In this document: piece after piece, positions 34,599 to 35,504 of the stretch
Position numbering within the stretch: the first letter of the stretch is position 1
How the letters are laid out: each line of letters starts with the position of its first letter
Source: Phoronis australis
Lineage: Eukaryota > Animalia > Phoronida
DNA: 35,504 nt
NCBI GenBank assembly: GCA_002633005.1
Contig: NMRA01000077.1
Location: 905,815-941,318 of the forward strand
Direction: 5' to 3'
Translations under genes and position numbers: made by a program
The notes under the pieces: generated by a model
Seen by the model: only the letters and a program-made list of their open reading frames with translations
Told to the model about the DNA's origin: nothing
Databases searched by the model: none

Positions 34599-35504
34599 GT
34601 ATGCCTACACATTCATATTTTGATATGATAAACACAAGGTAAGTCCTGAGTGTCACAGTGTCATCCATAAAAGTTTGGAAACAATTAAACTTGTCATCAT
34701 TGACCCTCTGGTGTAATGCTTTTTCATAATCGAAACGGAGGACTTTCTTTGTATAAAGAACAAAATGAAATCTTTTTCAAGACCAGAGCAAGAGACTGTG
34801 ACTCACATTGTCAATAGCACAATCAGAGTGAACAAGATGGCAGGTTGTCATCAAAAGGCTCTACATACTATCCTTTGATTTTAGCTGCATGATCAAAACC
34901 TTTTTCCTATGTCGTTACTTCAACAGATTTGCCACGTAAGCGCTAGCCTGCCCGCAGGAGTTGCCGCTAACCAACAAAACAATTTAGGAAGATATTGCCA
35001 AATTTGTTACAGACTTTAAAGAAAAAAATCCACCCACAATTAGTATTTCTCTTATAGTTGAACTTCACCTCACTATTCAAATAGGCCAATGTTTGTCTTA
35101 GTATTCCTTCACTCATGTGGAAGGCATATGCACAGGGCTCGACATAACGAGCTGCAGGTCGCATTTGCAACCTGAAATTTGGAAATGCGAGCTGAGATTT
35201 TTGTCAGCTCGTATAAAGTCGCAAAATGCGACCTGGAATTTCCAACGAATGCAAGCTGAGTTTTTACACTTCTCAACAGATACCTGGCAAATACAAAGCA
35301 GCTCTTGTTAATCCGACCGTTATTTGGTTGTTGCCTAATACAAGTTCAAAAGAACACTAACCGAGAACAGGCCTCCCGATGACTTGTAAGCATGAAGTCG
35401 CGTGAACATGGGATATGCAGAATCGATCTTTGACGCGTTTCATTGGCTAACACTTTCGGCCACTTTTGTAAATTCCCGGATTCGCCGAAGAAAGTTTCGG
35501 GCCA

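Overview
This is AT-rich, repeat-dense eukaryotic DNA (metazoan, probably an invertebrate), not prokaryotic. The only host gene I can support is a + strand, intron-rich arsenite methyltransferase (AS3MT-like). Four coding exons are visible (7682-7851, 22722-22872, 28743-28894, 34467-34598), one expected internal exon cannot be found, and the gene continues past the window end. The protein keeps Cys32, Cys61 and Cys156 (human numbering) but has Gly at the Cys206 position. Intron 1 (14.9 kb) holds a dead partial copy of exon 1, a ~750 bp foldback and a full-length degenerate Ty3/Gypsy element, itself split by a 3.7 kb hAT-like insertion. The rest is mobile-element debris: a CR1/L2-group LINE, two Penelope-like GIY-YIG remnants (one with a minimal hammerhead ribozyme), repeats carrying co-oriented CTCF-like motifs, nested TIR elements, a tRNA-derived SINE head and mini/microsatellites. 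I see no convincing wholly new system; the best leads are the Cys206-less AS3MT, the CTCF-motif arrays and the hammerhead. All alignments were made by eye and family assignments come from recalled motifs.
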